From Octopus bimaculoides (taxonomy: Eukaryota), in the NCBI RefSeq assembly GCF_001194135.2, contig NC_068990.1, forward strand, positions 25,471,209-25,535,208: a stretch of 64,000 nucleotides of DNA, written 5' to 3'. The translations under genes and the position numbers were made by a program. Below, piece after piece: positions 1-13,260 of the stretch (position 1 is its first letter; the number at the start of each line of letters is the position of its first letter). The notes below the pieces were generated by a model. It was not told where the DNA came from, did no database searches, and saw only the letters and a list, made by a program, of their open reading frames with translations.

Positions 1-150
1 TATGTTCCACCAGCATGGGAGCCAGTCCACTGGCACAGGAGCCATTCAGGAAGCACTGGCATCGACCACGTTCGGATGGTGCTTTTTACGTACTACTGGC
101 ATGGGTAGCCAATCAGGTGATACTAGTATTGACCCACGCTCAAATGGTGC
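1..150 (-). mobile_element. Internal 3'-UTR minisatellite units of the RTE-type LINE, running off the window edge
   Basis: Degenerate units (gcactggcatcgaccacgttcggatggtgcttttt) match the repeat units at 33130-33370 and 34950-35190. Confidence 0.55.
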
Positions 151-724
151 TTATTACATGACTTTATGCTGTGTAGAGTACATGAAAGAGCTATTTTTTA
201 GGTTCAAGTGAAGTTGTTGATGAGGAGCTTAGCATTCATGGTGGTATTCAGATCATATAAGTGTTCTTCTTTTGTCTAGAAGTATGTGAACATTGGGAGA
301 TTGAAACATTTGATATTATTTATGATTATTTAAGAGATTTTGGAAGGAATTGATATTGTATCATAGTTTTACTTTTTTTAATCATGTTAGAATGATGACT
401 GATTCAATGTCTCTAAAAATCTTTAATTTGAAGGAGGGGCACATTTACATTTCAAATTTGTACATGTCTGCAAATATCCCAGTTATCTCTTTCTCAATGA
501 AATCTTCCATTAATAAACACTTGATTATACCTAGCATCCTTTCAATAAAGCTTCCTGGAGCTACATTTAAAAAAATTCTTTTAAAAATAAATTTAGAAAT
601 TTAACACATTTTTTTATTGATATATCTCAGACCATCATTTAAAGATGTTTTTGTTAAATAGTGTTTTTGTTTTTGTTGAATAAAATTTGCTGAAAAAAAG
701 CCACAATAATTTTGCACCAACCCA

Positions 725-729
725 ATATA

Positions 730-765
<36 letters not shown>

Positions 766-900
766 TGTATGTATGTATGTATGTATGTACGTATGTGTGT
801 ATGTGTGTGTGTGTATGTATGTATTATGTATGTGTGTATGTATAGATATACACACATAAAAATACAAGCATAGCTACATACATGCATTCATACATGTACA
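725..900. repeat. Compound microsatellite (TA)n/(TGTA)n/(TG)n
   Basis: Directly visible; source of ORFs 601-867 and 654-887. Confidence 0.95.
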
Positions 901-2259
901 TACATGTTGAAATTTGTCACTTAGATAAGATAGTCTAAATTTATCAAGACGAAGACGCCCCATGTACAGGGTGTGTCCAATTCCTGTACTAACGTGTCCT
1001 GCTCAACCTGTCATTTTACTATATTTGAGGGAGAGAGATAGAGAAGGGGATAAATAGACAGAGAGTCAAGCCTTAGACTTCAAGCATAATGTTATCAAAC
1101 CTCAGGATTTTAGACTCACATATGTACACTTATACATAAAATCATGCAGATATATTTTGACACACATGGAGATATCACAATATATACATTACACAAATAT
1201 GAATACACTAATATTTTCTAGGATTTTCATTTATCTTTTAAGTTTATAAGGAAACTCAAATATGTATATGGAAAGAGTAATAGATTTTATTGGGTATGAC
1301 ACATGTTTTGACCCGTTCTGGGTCTCTTTGGGTACATCAATAAAAAGTCTTGCTAGAGCGTACGTCTTGCTACGTACCGCTATATGTCCATCAAATTCGA
1401 CCCAGAAGTGTTTCTACAGCTAGATGCCCTTCCTAACACCAACCACTCTGAGTGTGTAGTGGGTGCTTTTTTACGTGCCACCAGCACATAGGCCAGAGGA
1501 GCTGGCATGATTATTTCTTTTATTTGCCACCAGGGAGAATTTGGAGTATGAAAACTATAAAGGTTGTTACTGTAATAATGAATGCATAAGGAATTGTGAG
1601 TAAATAGTTAAAGGAGATTGGAATAGAATGTTTTGTCGAACTTCTACCGAAAGTTTGCCTCTTAAGGACAGGAAAGATCACCAGTAAAGGTTTAGGCAAT
1701 TGAAAGACTATTGAAAACTTGCGGTTTTCCAGAGTTACAGATAGTAGCCTGCTACCCACATAAATTCTACAAGGAATAAGAACAAATTTAAATCAAATAA
1801 AAAACAACAGCAACAACAACAATAATAATAATAATAACTATTATTACGATGATGATGATGTACAGAGGTTTACATAAAAGGATGAGGGGATGAAAAGGCG
1901 GGGGAAGATGAGGTAAAAATACATAGTATATAATAACAATAATAATAATAATAAACCATACTACTAGTGAAATATTACAATATTTTTTCCCTAGATATAA
2001 TGCCATCTGCTGGTAGGGACAAGACATGAAAAGAAGGAAAATCAAAACATTTCTTCCTAGGCTGTTTTCTTTCAAGTCTGATTCCTTAGTGGAAAACAGT
2101 TCCACTGAAGAATGTAAACAGTCTTTGATTATCACCATCTCTGAAGTTGCATTTTTGTTTCATCCTATATTTCACTTGTTTCAATCACATTTGCCTCTTC
2201 TAACACACTCATGCATGTGTACATGCATGCGTGGGCACACACACACACACACGCACACA

Positions 2260-2392
2260 GGTGCAGATGTGGCGGTGTGGAAAGAAGATTGCTTCCCAAC
2301 TGTAGTCCAATTACTATAGTCAGCATCTTGGGCTGACTATAGCTCTGGGCCAACCAAAGCCTTGTGAGTGAATTTGATAGATGGAAACTGTG
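2260..2392 (+). mobile_element. SINE family C, 5' fragment
   Basis: gtggcggtgtggaaagaagattgcttcccaac...ggccaaccaaagccttgtgagtgaatttgatagatggaaactg matches the other family C heads. Confidence 0.65.
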
Positions 2393-2515
2393 GGGCAGAG
2401 AGGACAGGTGTTTTTGAAATGGCTATTGCTCAGCCCCAGAGGGAGGGACATATGTCCGACAGGTACAATTCGGTCCATGGTGTCTTAGCATTCTTTTTCC
2501 TTTACAGGTGAAGTC

Positions 2516-3149
2516 ATGACGCTATGGACAAAAGAGGACCACATGTTTGCCTATGACAGTTATGTGAAGAATAACGAGTCTGTCACAGCAGTTCAGCTTA
2601 AGTTTTAGTGCCACTTCAACATTCACCGAAATCAGGTTGTTCCCACCTGTAACACAATCTTATGTTGAGTGAATGCACTTTGTACACGAGGTACAGTAAT
2701 GAATGGAAAATGTGGAACGCATCAGACAAGCTTTGATATGGAGTCTGAATCACTCTGTTTGGAGGCATTCCATTGAATTTGGCATCAGTAATTGATCAGT
2801 AAGGTGTATTTTTCATGAAGACCTCCATTTCCACTTGTACAAATTGGCCATTGGGCAGCAGTTGAAATCATGAGACTATGTGCAGCAACCTAACTTCGTA
2901 CATCAAATGGAAGCAATTTTTGAGGCAAATGACAACCTCATTTTGTTAATGAGTGATGAAGCTCATTTTCATCTCAGTGGCATGATGAATCAACAGAACT
3001 GTCATTACAGGGCTCTTCAAAATCTGAGAGAACTGCATCAAAGACCACTGCACAACCTAAAAGTGATGGTCTGGTGTGCTTTTGGAAAAGCTGTTGAAAA
3101 ATTGGTTCTTACTTTTTTAAAGACAATAATGGAAATGCTATTACTGTGA
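2516..3149 (+). mobile_element. Decayed Tc1/mariner transposase, rosa/DD41D-like subtype
   Basis: N-terminus MTLWTKEDHMFAYDSYVKNNESVTAVQLKF*CHFNIHRNQVVPTCNTI (paired-like HTH), then LMSDEAHFHLSGMMNQQNCHY...LHNLKVMVWCAFG (first catalytic Asp motif). It has in-frame stops and frameshifts and lacks the C-terminal half. Confidence 0.8.
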
Positions 3150-3164
3150 ATTCTGATATACATG

Positions 3165-3212
<48 letters not shown>

Positions 3213-3220
3213 CACACACT

Positions 3221-3718
3221 TTATTCTTTTACTTGTTTCAGATATTTTGACTGTGGCCATGCTGGAGCACTGCCTTTAGTTGCCACAAATTGCCACCAGG
3301 ACTTATTTTTTGTAAGCCTAGTACTTATTCTATCGGTCTCTAATGCTGAACTGCTAAGTTTCAGGGACGTAAACACACCAACATCGGTTGTCTAGCGATG
3401 GTGGGAGGACAAACACAGACACACATTTACATGCATCCATCTATCCATCCATCCATCCATACATACATACATACATACACACACATACATACACACATGC
3501 ATACATACACACATACACACACATACATACATACATACATACATACATACATACATGACAGGCTTGATTCAGTTTCTGTCTGTTACATCCACATGCGAGG
3601 CTTTGGTCGGCTCAAGGGTATTGTAGAAGACACTTGCCCAATGTGCCATACAGTGGGACTGAATCCGGAACCATGTGGTTGGGAGCAAGCTTCTTACCAC
3701 ATAGCCACTCCTGCACCT
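3221..3718 (-). mobile_element. tRNA-derived SINE family C (CORE-like), near full length
   Basis: On the minus strand: tRNA-like head (ggagtggctatgtggtaagaagcttgc...ggttccggattcagtccc), CORE-like ggcacattgggcaagtgtcttct, internal (TG/TA) microsatellite, tail tgactgaaacaagtaaaagaataa. Confidence 0.85.
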
Positions 3719-3819
3719 ATACTTAGGCATGTAATTTATTCAAAGATACTTGTGTATATAGACATATACATAGGTGTACTGAATATACATATTGTATATA
3801 TATACATATATAAATTGAG

Positions 3820-3847
3820 ACAGACAGACAGACAGACAGACAGATAG

Positions 3848-3881
<34 letters not shown>

Positions 3882-3929
3882 TGAGATAGATAGATAGATA
3901 GATAGATAGAGAAGTAGATAGATAGATAA

Positions 3930-3978
<49 letters not shown>

Positions 3979-3980
3979 TA
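3820..3980. repeat. Compound microsatellite (GACA)n(GATA)n(GA)n
   Basis: Directly visible. Confidence 0.95.
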
Positions 3981-4427
3981 TACTTATGTGTGTATGAGTG
4001 TGTCTAGCGTGTATGTATTCATAATATCCCAGCATTACTCATTGACCAAAGAGGGGTTAAACAAGTGCACTAGTAACGAAAGTGCAGTCATATTGAATAT
4101 AGTCAACTAACTGTTGATGTTGTTACTTTTGCTTGTTTTGCTTTCATTTTTATCATCATCATCATCATCATCATTATTTTGTATTACAATAGGGTCAACC
4201 CAGGTCCTTGTTTCCTTTAAGGTAAATCTCCTCCCATTTAGGTTTGTCATAAAAGCAATGAACAGTAATAACATTCTCAGCAATTATGTGAAAGAAAAAA
4301 CTGATACCTTCAAGCTGGAATATGACTATTAAGTGTATAGACTTGTTGTTTAACAAGTGTAACAAAGAAGTCTTCTCAGGCAAAATCTGCCACAGTCAAA
4401 GCTTTAAGACAAAGCACTTGTGTTTAA

Positions 4428-4647
4428 CCCTTTAGCATTTCAATCGGACGTATCTGCCCCAAATATTCAACCTGTGTTATGCTCAAACTGGCTAGATCCA
4501 GCTTCTCATATTTACCCTACAATATCATTGTAAAAATAAACAATTGCATCATTGAAATCTTCGAGCTACAAAATAATGTATGATTAATTAAAAGCAATGT
4601 GAATAAATAAACATCACATTTGACAGATTAATCTGAATGTTAAAGGG
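4428..4647. mobile_element. piggyBac-like MITE, complete (220 bp)
   Basis: TTAA|CCCTTTAGCATTT...AATGTTAAAGGG|TTAA: short TIRs with TTAA duplicated at 4424-4427 and 4648-4651. A second complete copy lies at 51105-51768. Confidence 0.85.
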
Positions 4648-4718
4648 TTAAAATGTAAAAGACGGACAGAAACATCACATAAAAAAAATATTTTATAAAA
4701 CGATATCACAAATTTCTT

Positions 4719-5032
4719 GTAAGCAAATTTGGTAAATGGAAACTGTGTAGAAGCCTGTTGTATATGCCAGTGTGTGTGTGTGTGTGCGTGTGCATGTGTG
4801 CGTGTGTGTCTTTGTGTCTGTTTGCCCCTACCACAACCACCACTTGATAACCAGTGTTGCTTTGTTTACATCCCCGTAACTGAATAGTTTAGCAAAAGAA
4901 TCTGATAGAATAAGTACCAGACTTATAAAATAAAACTAAGTTCTGGAGTCGATTTGTCTGACTAACCCTTTAAGACAGTGTTGTGGTATGGCTGCAGTCC
5001 AATGACTGAAACCAGTAAAAGAGAAATACTAA
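4719..5032 (+). mobile_element. SINE family C, 5'-truncated
   Basis: atttggtaaatggaaactgtgtagaagcc...gatagaataagtacc...atgactgaaaccagtaaaagaga. Confidence 0.75.
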
Positions 5033-5179
5033 AAGAATAATTAAAATTTTCTAAGTGAAAAACTATGAAAAAGTTAAATGATTAATTTATTAATTATATA
5101 ATGTTAATTTTGTAGAAATTACAAAAAATATAGTCATATAATGATGTTTTCATTTTTGAATACATGTTCATTCCAACTT

Positions 5180-5530
5180 TTTATACTCTGAGTTCAAATC
5201 TCAACCAGAGTCAACTGTAACTTTGATCCTTCTTGGGTTGATAGAATAAAGTACCAGCCAAGTACTGAAGTAAATGGTATTGACTAACCCCTCCCCTCAA
5301 AATGTGTTGGCATTGTACCTTTATCAGAAACAATTACTGAATACCCATTTTTAGGCTGTAAGCTGGCAGAATTATAAGAATGCTGGAAAAATGCCTTTTG
5401 GTATTTGTTCCAACTCTTTACACTGTGTTCAGTTCCCTCTGAGACCAACTTTGCTTCCCATCCCTCTGAGGTTGATAAAATATTGTACTCCTTCCTTCAA
5501 AGTTGCTGGCCATGTGCCAAATTTTGAATC
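5180..5530 (+). mobile_element. Two tandem diverged copies of SINE family A
   Basis: Both contain the family core ctgagttcaaat...gtcaactttg..tttcatcc....gggttgata.aataaagtaccag. Confidence 0.65.
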
Positions 5531-7314
5531 AAATAAAAGCAGCAATCTGGCAGATCTGGAAAAAGTACCACAAAGCATTTGGTCCAACTCACTCTAACAA
5601 CTTGGTCAATTTATGCTCTGACTTATGTTATTGAAATAAATTAAAAGAGAAGCAATCAATGAGCCATTTTATCCAACATTTTACAGATTCTGACCTCCAT
5701 CATCCTGAACACCAAGAAATGAATGATTTACAAAATAAGCACAAAACTACAATATTTTCAGGGAGGAGGATACTGTCTTGTGGTTTCTAAAGTTTCTGTA
5801 ACTTCATCTCACAATATCTCTATACTTATAGTATGTGACACAATTATTTTACTCCAGAAGAGAAAATATACATTTCAGAGTTGTACTTGTCTGGCAAAGG
5901 ATTTGATCTGAGGCTATGAGTTGCAACTAAAGTGCTTACAGTGAGGTAGCCTTTCAAAAACATATGAAAACTATGAATTTCACTTAATTATTTAACATTT
6001 GGTTGTGCTAACATTTTTGGCACACTATGTATGATTTGGTCACTGACATAGTTCTAGGACAACTGGCCTGAGTTAAGGCTGTTGGCCAGTATATACAGAC
6101 TGGGTTTTAAATATAATTCCCTTTCTCTTATCTGTATAGGTTAGTTGTTCCAGTTGTCATCATTTGGTGCTCATAGCAGATCAATTAATTACACCCCAAG
6201 TGAATTTTCTCTCTCTGCACTCTCCCATTTTGGGTATGTCACCTTCAACACTCGTTAGTTAACTGTTACTTAAATGAAAACCTTGCAAGACCAGGGTTGG
6301 AAGCTCTTAGTATAATCAATTAGATTGATCTCAGCATTTGCCAGTTATTTATTCTATTGACCCTGAAAGAATAAAAAGACAAAGTTGATACATGCAGAAT
6401 TCGAACTCAAGAATTGGTCAAATTGATGTTGATACATCTGATAAGAACCCAATGTGCTTCAAAACTCGATTGAAAACTGACATTATAGCCTGCCATTATA
6501 GCCTGCCATTCCAGCTGATTGGATCCAGTGAAATATCCGTCATCCATACCAGCTTGGAAGACAGATATTAAATGATGATCTTTTTGCGGCAGTGCCCCAA
6601 TGTGGCAGCAGCTCTCGAGCTGAAACAAGTAAAGAAATATAAAAAAAAAAAAGAATGTATAAGAATTTTGCTGAATAAAACAAACCATTTTGTCAGTTGC
6701 TTTATTGACAGTGAAAGCCATTGTCTTTAACACCAAACAAATTATGACAATGACAAACAATGTATCCCTGCTGTGCTAAAACATGGCCATGGTTGTCACA
6801 GTTTTAGACTTCATGTAAATCTAATGAACACCTATTAAATAGCCAGAGCTTCGCTTCGGTGCAGAACTAGAACAAATCTCTGCTTGCTCACTGTGAATGT
6901 CAAATACATTTCATATTTGATCAACAATAGTTTATCACTGCATAGAAATGTAATGGATGAGTGTGTTTAGTGTTAGACTCACTAGAAGTTTACAGTTTTA
7001 TGATATAATTTCTATGTCTTTATTTTTAAATTTACCTTTATGCTTTATTTCTGCACCAGTAAATATACCATTTGTGTTAACATTCGATAAACTTTTACCA
7101 GTTAAATATTTGAGTTCATTTCACTGGTTTTGAATAGAGTCACCTCCATATCTGGTAGTTAAGTTCAAGTATATGACTAATTTAAGCATATGACTAATTA
7201 CTTTAATACTACTCATTCACTCAGTACAATAAAACATGTGTATGCTGTTGTTGGTTGATAATAACTTACCTTTTGAGGGTACAATTAACTAAATTAGCAA
7301 CACTGATTGACTCG

Positions 7315-7350
<36 letters not shown>

Positions 7351-7549
7351 TTCACACATACACACACATTCACACACACACACACATGAATGCTTATCCT
7401 TAGTTTTAATAATCCTCTTACATAGGTGAGAAAGCCTCTACTCTTGGAGAATATGCTATTTATTGTTGTTTAGCTCCCGGTCTGCCCTGATCAAGCAGAC
7501 TTGAGATCAAAGTGGTTTTCAACCACAACCACACAGCTTTGCCTGCACT

Positions 7550-7858
7550 TGGTTTCAAGTTCAGTTCCACTGTCCAACACCTTGGGCAAGTGTCTTCTCC
7601 TAGTATCCCGGCTGACAAATGCCTTGTGAGTGAATTTGGTAGCTGAAAACTATGGAAAAGCCCATAATGTGTGTGTGTGTGTCTCACCATTGCTTGATAA
7701 CCAGTATTAGTTTGTTTACATCTCTTTAAGTGGTTCTGCAAAAGAGACCAATAGAATGAAGTACCAGACTTAAAATGAATACTGGCATTCATTTGTTTGA
7801 CTAAATTCTTCAACATGGTGCCCAGAATGGCTGCAATCCATTGACTGAAACAAGTAAT
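7550..7858 (+). mobile_element. SINE family C
   Basis: ggtttcaagttcagttccactgtccaacaccttgggcaagtgtcttc...tgactgaaacaagtaa. Confidence 0.75.
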
Positions 7859-7918
7859 AGAATGATCTGAGGGAAATTTGGCTGCTATTTCTAACAAGTC
7901 GAATGTGACCATGTAGAC

Positions 7919-8155
7919 CAAGGGTTCTCAACCATTTTTTGCCTAGGGACCCCTTTAATTCCTATTTTACTCGAGTGGAGGGACCCTCCTTATTATATTT
8001 TTATGATTAAATATAATTAAGAAATATATTAAAGAAAATGTTTTACTATTTTGCGTATTGTAGAAATATAACCAGTTTATTGCAGATAAATTTTAGCAAC
8101 AAAACCTTATATGGACCCCCCAAGGGCCATATGGACCCCTAGTTGAGAATCGTTG
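7919..8155. mobile_element. hAT (Charlie-like) MITE A
   Basis: TIRs caagggttctcaac / gttgagaatcgttg, flanked by 8-bp atgtagac (7911-7918) and gtgtatac (8156-8163). Confidence 0.75.
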
Positions 8156-8194
8156 GTGTATACTAGTGGTTTCCAACCTTTTCACTACCAAGGA

Positions 8195-8946
8195 CATCAT
8201 CATCATCATCATCATCGTTTAACGTCCGCCTTCCATGCTAGCATGGGTTGGACGATTTGACTGAGGACTGGTGAAACCGGATGGCAACACCAGGCTCCAA
8301 TCTAATTTGGCAGAGTTTCTACAGCTGGATGCCCTTCCTAACGCCAACCACTCAGAGAGTGTAGTGGGTGCTTTTACGTGTCACCCGCACGAAAACGGCC
8401 ACGCTCGAAATGGTGTCTTTTATGTGCCACCCGCACAAGAGCCAGTCCAGGGGCACCGGCAACGATCTCGCTCGAAAAACCTCATGTGTCANNNNNNNNN
8501 NNNNNNNNNNNNNNNNNNNNNNNNNNNNNNNNNNNNNNNNNNNNNNNNNNNNNNNNNNNNNNNNNNNNNNNNNNNNNNNNNNNNNNNNNNNNNNNNNNNN
8601 NNNNNNNNNNNNNNNNNNNNNNNNNNNNNNNNNNNNNNNNNNNNNNNNNNNNNNNNNNNNNNNNNNNNNNNNNNNNNNNNNNNNNNNNNNNNNNNNNNNN
8701 NNNNNNNNNNNNNNNNNNNNNNNNCACATGAGCCAGTCCGGGGGCACTGGCAAACGATCCCGCTCGAAAGATATCATGTGTCGCCCGCACATGAGCCAGT
8801 CCGGGGGCACTGGCAACGATCCCGCTCGAAAGATTTCATGTGTCGCCCGTACATGAGCCAGTCCGGGGGGCACTGGCAAATGATCCCGCTCGAAACATTT
8901 CATGTGTCACCCGCACAAGAGGCAGTCCAGGGGCACTGGCAATGAA
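8195..8946 (-). mobile_element. RTE-type LINE 3' end with (GAT)n tail and expanded ~62-bp minisatellite (spans an N-gap)
   Basis: catcatcatcgtttaacgtccgccttccatgctagcatgggttggacg...ggatgcccttcctaacgccaaccactc, followed by tandem units starting at 8725, 8788, 8850 and 8914. Confidence 0.8.
8492..8724. other. Assembly gap (N-run); further gaps at 12881-12952, 26731-26868, 27206-27782, 36979-36988, 42511-42644 and 60061-60744
   Basis: Runs of n, all adjacent to tandem, low-complexity or duplicated sequence. Confidence 1.
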
Positions 8947-9127
8947 CGACCTATTATTTAAATGAGTTTTCCCACGGATCCCAGGATATTGAAAGGTCTG
9001 TCAGCTTAACATGTTCACGGACCTCTAGTAGTACCTTTGCAGACCACCAGGGGTCTGTGGACCACAGGTTGGGAACCACTGGTGTAGACGCTCCTCTGTC
9101 ACCCTTGAATTCCATACAAAATTTAAT

Positions 9128-9341
9128 AGAGCTGGCAGAAACGTTAGCATGTAGGGCGAAATGCTTAGCGGTATTTCATGTCTTTACGTTCTGAGTTCAA
9201 ATTCCGCCGATGTCAACTTTGCCTTTCATCCTTTCAAGGTTGATAATTTAAGTACCAGTTGTGTACTGGGGTCGATCTAATCGACACCCCCCCCCCCCCG
9301 AAAAAAAATTTGGAGCCTTGTGCCTAGAGTAGAAAAGAATA
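9128..9341 (+). mobile_element. tRNA-derived SINE family A, near full length
   Basis: agctggcagaaacgttagca (A-box-like), ctgagttcaaattcc (B-box-like), core gtcaactttgcctttcatcctttcaaggttgataatttaagtaccag, tail ccttgtgcctagagtagaaaagaat. Confidence 0.85.
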
Positions 9342-9740
9342 TTTTATATTAATCAACATTCAATAGAACGATAAAATTTTGATGAACTCAAGTGACATTC
9401 TTCTTAGCTTGGTCATCTCAATATTTATTCTATTTTACAATATTTAGGATGGCTTTATGAAATGTGTCCTTCTTTTATGACAGCATGCGATGTGAAGCAA
9501 GTTTGACTGCTTCTTACAGTTCACACCACAATCACTTAGAGCTACAGCATCCCCCCAATCCTTCCTTCCTTGGTACTCAATGCTATTGTTGGTAATGATA
9601 GATGGTGTTGTTATTACTGTTATTATCATTATTTCAGTTGTTCTTCCTTCATATATCTTTGTTTATTTGTTTGTTTTAGCTCTGTTATTGCAAATCAAGA
9701 AGAGAAAAATGTCTGACTTTTTTCTTTTCGCTGATGGCAT

Positions 9741-9790
9741 TCAGGCAGACGACACAACACACGCCGTGGCAATCTTCATGTTGTTCTTAG
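9741..9790 (-). CDS. Candidate small terminal coding exon (unproven), x-KNNMKIATACVVSSA*
   Basis: Pyrimidine-rich acceptor on the minus strand (ttccttgtccctcttttaag|CT), one open frame of 15 codons to TGA, retained CpGs, and unique UTR-like sequence downstream. No homology recognised. Confidence 0.25.
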
Positions 9791-10503
9791 CTTAAAAGAG
9801 GGACAAGGAACACACACACACACACAAACAAGCACTTACACACTCAAATAGGCACATGCCTCCACACACACACTCACACATATACATACGTACATACATA
9901 CATCTGCATTAAGTGAATACAAACGAATGAAGCTTCTGTTGTGTCTTGTCTACTTCATAAATACCTGAACCTTCCACAACCTACACCACTACTACCACCA
10001 CCATCGCCACTGCCGCCGTCACCACCGCTACCTCTCCACTTCTACACCTCCTCCTCTATGAACCGCTCCTCTCCCCCCATCAGCAACAGAAGACATAAAT
10101 CTTAAACTAGACATCTACTTGACTATGAAGTTTCTGCTGAAGCTGAGAAAATGGAGGAGGAGAGTGGTGGTGGTGGTGGTGGTGGTGGTGGTGGTGGTGA
10201 CAATAATGTTGAACATTAGAAAGAGATGATGGGAATAATGATAACAATGCCTATGTATCATTGTGCAATGATGATGATGATGATGATGATCATCATCATC
10301 ATCATCGTCATAGTTGTACTGTCTTATCTTTTTTTATTTCATTCAATTTCTATATAAACGCCACACATTTTTTATAACCTGCTGCTATAATAAACCCCTA
10401 TTCTGTCACCTTTGTGACAATGGTAAAGAAAAGGCTATAATTATAAGAATCCAGTTTGAGTATTGGCCAAAATACCATGCAATATTTCATTATGGTCATT
10501 TAG

Positions 10504-10649
10504 GTTCTGAGTTCAAATGCCATCAAAGTCAACTCTGTCTTTCATCCTTTCAGGGTTGATAAAACAAAATACCAGTGATGCACTGGGGTTGAGGTAATTG
10601 ACTAGTCCCTTCCCTCAAAATTTCAGGCCTTCTGCCTATTGTAGAAAGG

Positions 10650-10696
<47 letters not shown>

Positions 10697-11402
10697 TATC
10701 ATCATTGTTATTATTATTATTATTATTATCATTTGCATCTTCTTTCACTTCTGTTTCCATTTCTTGCCGAGTGTCTTCCTGACACCCAGGGCAGAGAAAC
10801 GTACTGTATACATTGGTAGGCCATTAAAACAAGCACACCAGATTGTTCTCAAGCTGTTTGTTTTTATAATTTTTTATTTATTTATCATTATTATTATTTA
10901 TCATGATGATGATGATGATCATCATCATCATCATTATCATTGTTAAGGTGGCAGGCTGACAGAATCATTAGCATGCTGGGCAAAATACTTAGCAGCATTT
11001 TGTCTGTCTTTACATTGTGAATTCATATTCCGCAGAGGTTGACTTTGTATTCATCCTTCAGGGGTCAATAAAATAATTACCAGTTGAGCACTGGGGGTCG
11101 GGTCGACGTAATCAACTTACCCCATCCCTCAAAATTGCTGGCCGTGTGCCAAAATGTGAAACCATTATTATTATTAATATTTTCATGAACTGGCAGGGTT
11201 ATTAGAGCATCAGAAAAATGCTTTACAATATTTGTTCCAGCTCTTTACATTCTGAGTTCAAATCCTGTCAAGGTCACCTTTGCTTTGCCTTCTTTCAGGG
11301 TTGATATAATAAGTTACCAGTCAAGTACTAGAGTTGATGTAATCGACTTGCTCTTTTCCTCAAAAATTGCTGACTTGTGCCAAAAATTAGAAAGAATTAT
11401 TA
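10504..11402 (+). mobile_element. Cluster of three SINE family A copies (10504-10651, 10945-11168, 11187-11402) separated by (CAT)/(TAT) arrays
   Basis: Each carries the family A core and ends in an (ATT/CAT)n tail. Confidence 0.75.
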
Positions 11403-11862
11403 TTATTGGTCATGCCCTCATCAAATTCTTCAGATATCATTTGAAGAGGAAGGAGAAGGTAGAGAGGGAGGTGCTGCATTCTAATGTGTTTATCCAAAGG
11501 TGGTCGACAGTGGAAAGACTGGAGAGACTGAATGGATCTACTCTGAGTTTGCTTTTCTAAGCAGAAGGAAAGAAACTGGAAGAGGGCACTTTCTCATGCC
11601 TTGGAAATGGCAGAGTAATCCAGGATTTTTATGTGGGTCCCCCCCCCCCAGATTACCCTAAGTGGACTGTCCCACTATTGGGGATTCTATTTATTTATTA
11701 TTTATTTCTCTACTTTCTGTTATATATCCTCTGTTATAGCCTTTAATGTGGTAGTATCTCCCCTTGATTGATGTTAACCCCACATGTTTTTGTAATTTTT
11801 TGTGCTGTAACCTGTCCTTCGATGTTGTCCATGTCTTGGGCTCTTGTGACCAATAAAAGAAA

Positions 11863-11865
<3 letters not shown>

Positions 11866-11922
<57 letters not shown>

Positions 11923-12144
11923 GTCAAAATTAAAAGAAGGGTGCCATTGTTATCTAGTGAACGATATTTCGACATCTTGTGTGTCTTCAACAGGTTCAAA
12001 AAATAATTTTGTCAATCTACTTCATTTTGGTTAATATAGAAAGGATTGAGGTAACTCCTTCAGAAGATATAGAGTCAAAATTAAAAGAAGAGTACCATTG
12101 TCATCTATTATTATTATCATTATTATTATTATCATTATTATTAC

Positions 12145-12239
<95 letters not shown>

Positions 12240-12240
12240 T
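11866..12240. repeat. (TTA)n arrays and a (TTA)n(TAG)n array
   Basis: Directly visible at 11866-11922 and 12110-12240. Confidence 0.9.
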
Positions 12241-12644
12241 ATTTGTCTTTAAACCCTAAGTATTCTAGTTACATCCCTTTTAAATACTGAATTTCGAAAT
12301 CCCTATGTGCTGATGCAACTCTTTCATCTTGCCAGATTCAATAAGATGAAATAACAGTCAAGTCCTGTGGGGAGTCTACTCAACTTTACCTTGCCCCACA
12401 AAAACAATCTCTAACCTTATACCTAAGTACATAATATGTGACTGCTTTGTTTTACCCTTAACCCTGTTTTAGATTTCTTTGTTGTTATTTTGTTGTTATT
12501 TCTTTGTTATTTCTGATTTTCCAATCTTTCCCCCCCACACACACACCTTTTTACTCCATTTAAATTCCTGTCTCCCACTGTTTGTGCATTTCACCTTTTG
12601 TACTTGTCCCCAACTCCATGATCCCTTGTGGCCAATGATAAAAA

Positions 12645-13260
<616 letters not shown>

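Larger units (their letters stand above)
8164..9081. mobile_element. hAT (Charlie-like) MITE B carrying an RTE 3' insertion
   Basis: TIRs tagtggtttccaacc / ggttgggaaccactg, flanked by gtgtatac (8156-8163) and gtgtagac (9082-9089). Confidence 0.75.

Noticed and set aside
945-1000. gacgaagacgccc-catgtaca-gggtgt hairpin resembling a hammerhead half
   Set aside because: No CUGA start and no GAAA strand follow, so the core cannot be completed.
8271-8945. 224-aa and overlapping ORFs with repeated HEPVRGHWQ motifs
   Set aside because: They come from the ~62-bp RTE UTR minisatellite plus a gap; the period is not a constant multiple of 3.
8725-8946. Regular repeats superficially like a CRISPR array
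   Set aside because: The units are contiguous with no unique spacers, the context is a eukaryotic retroelement, and there are no cas genes.
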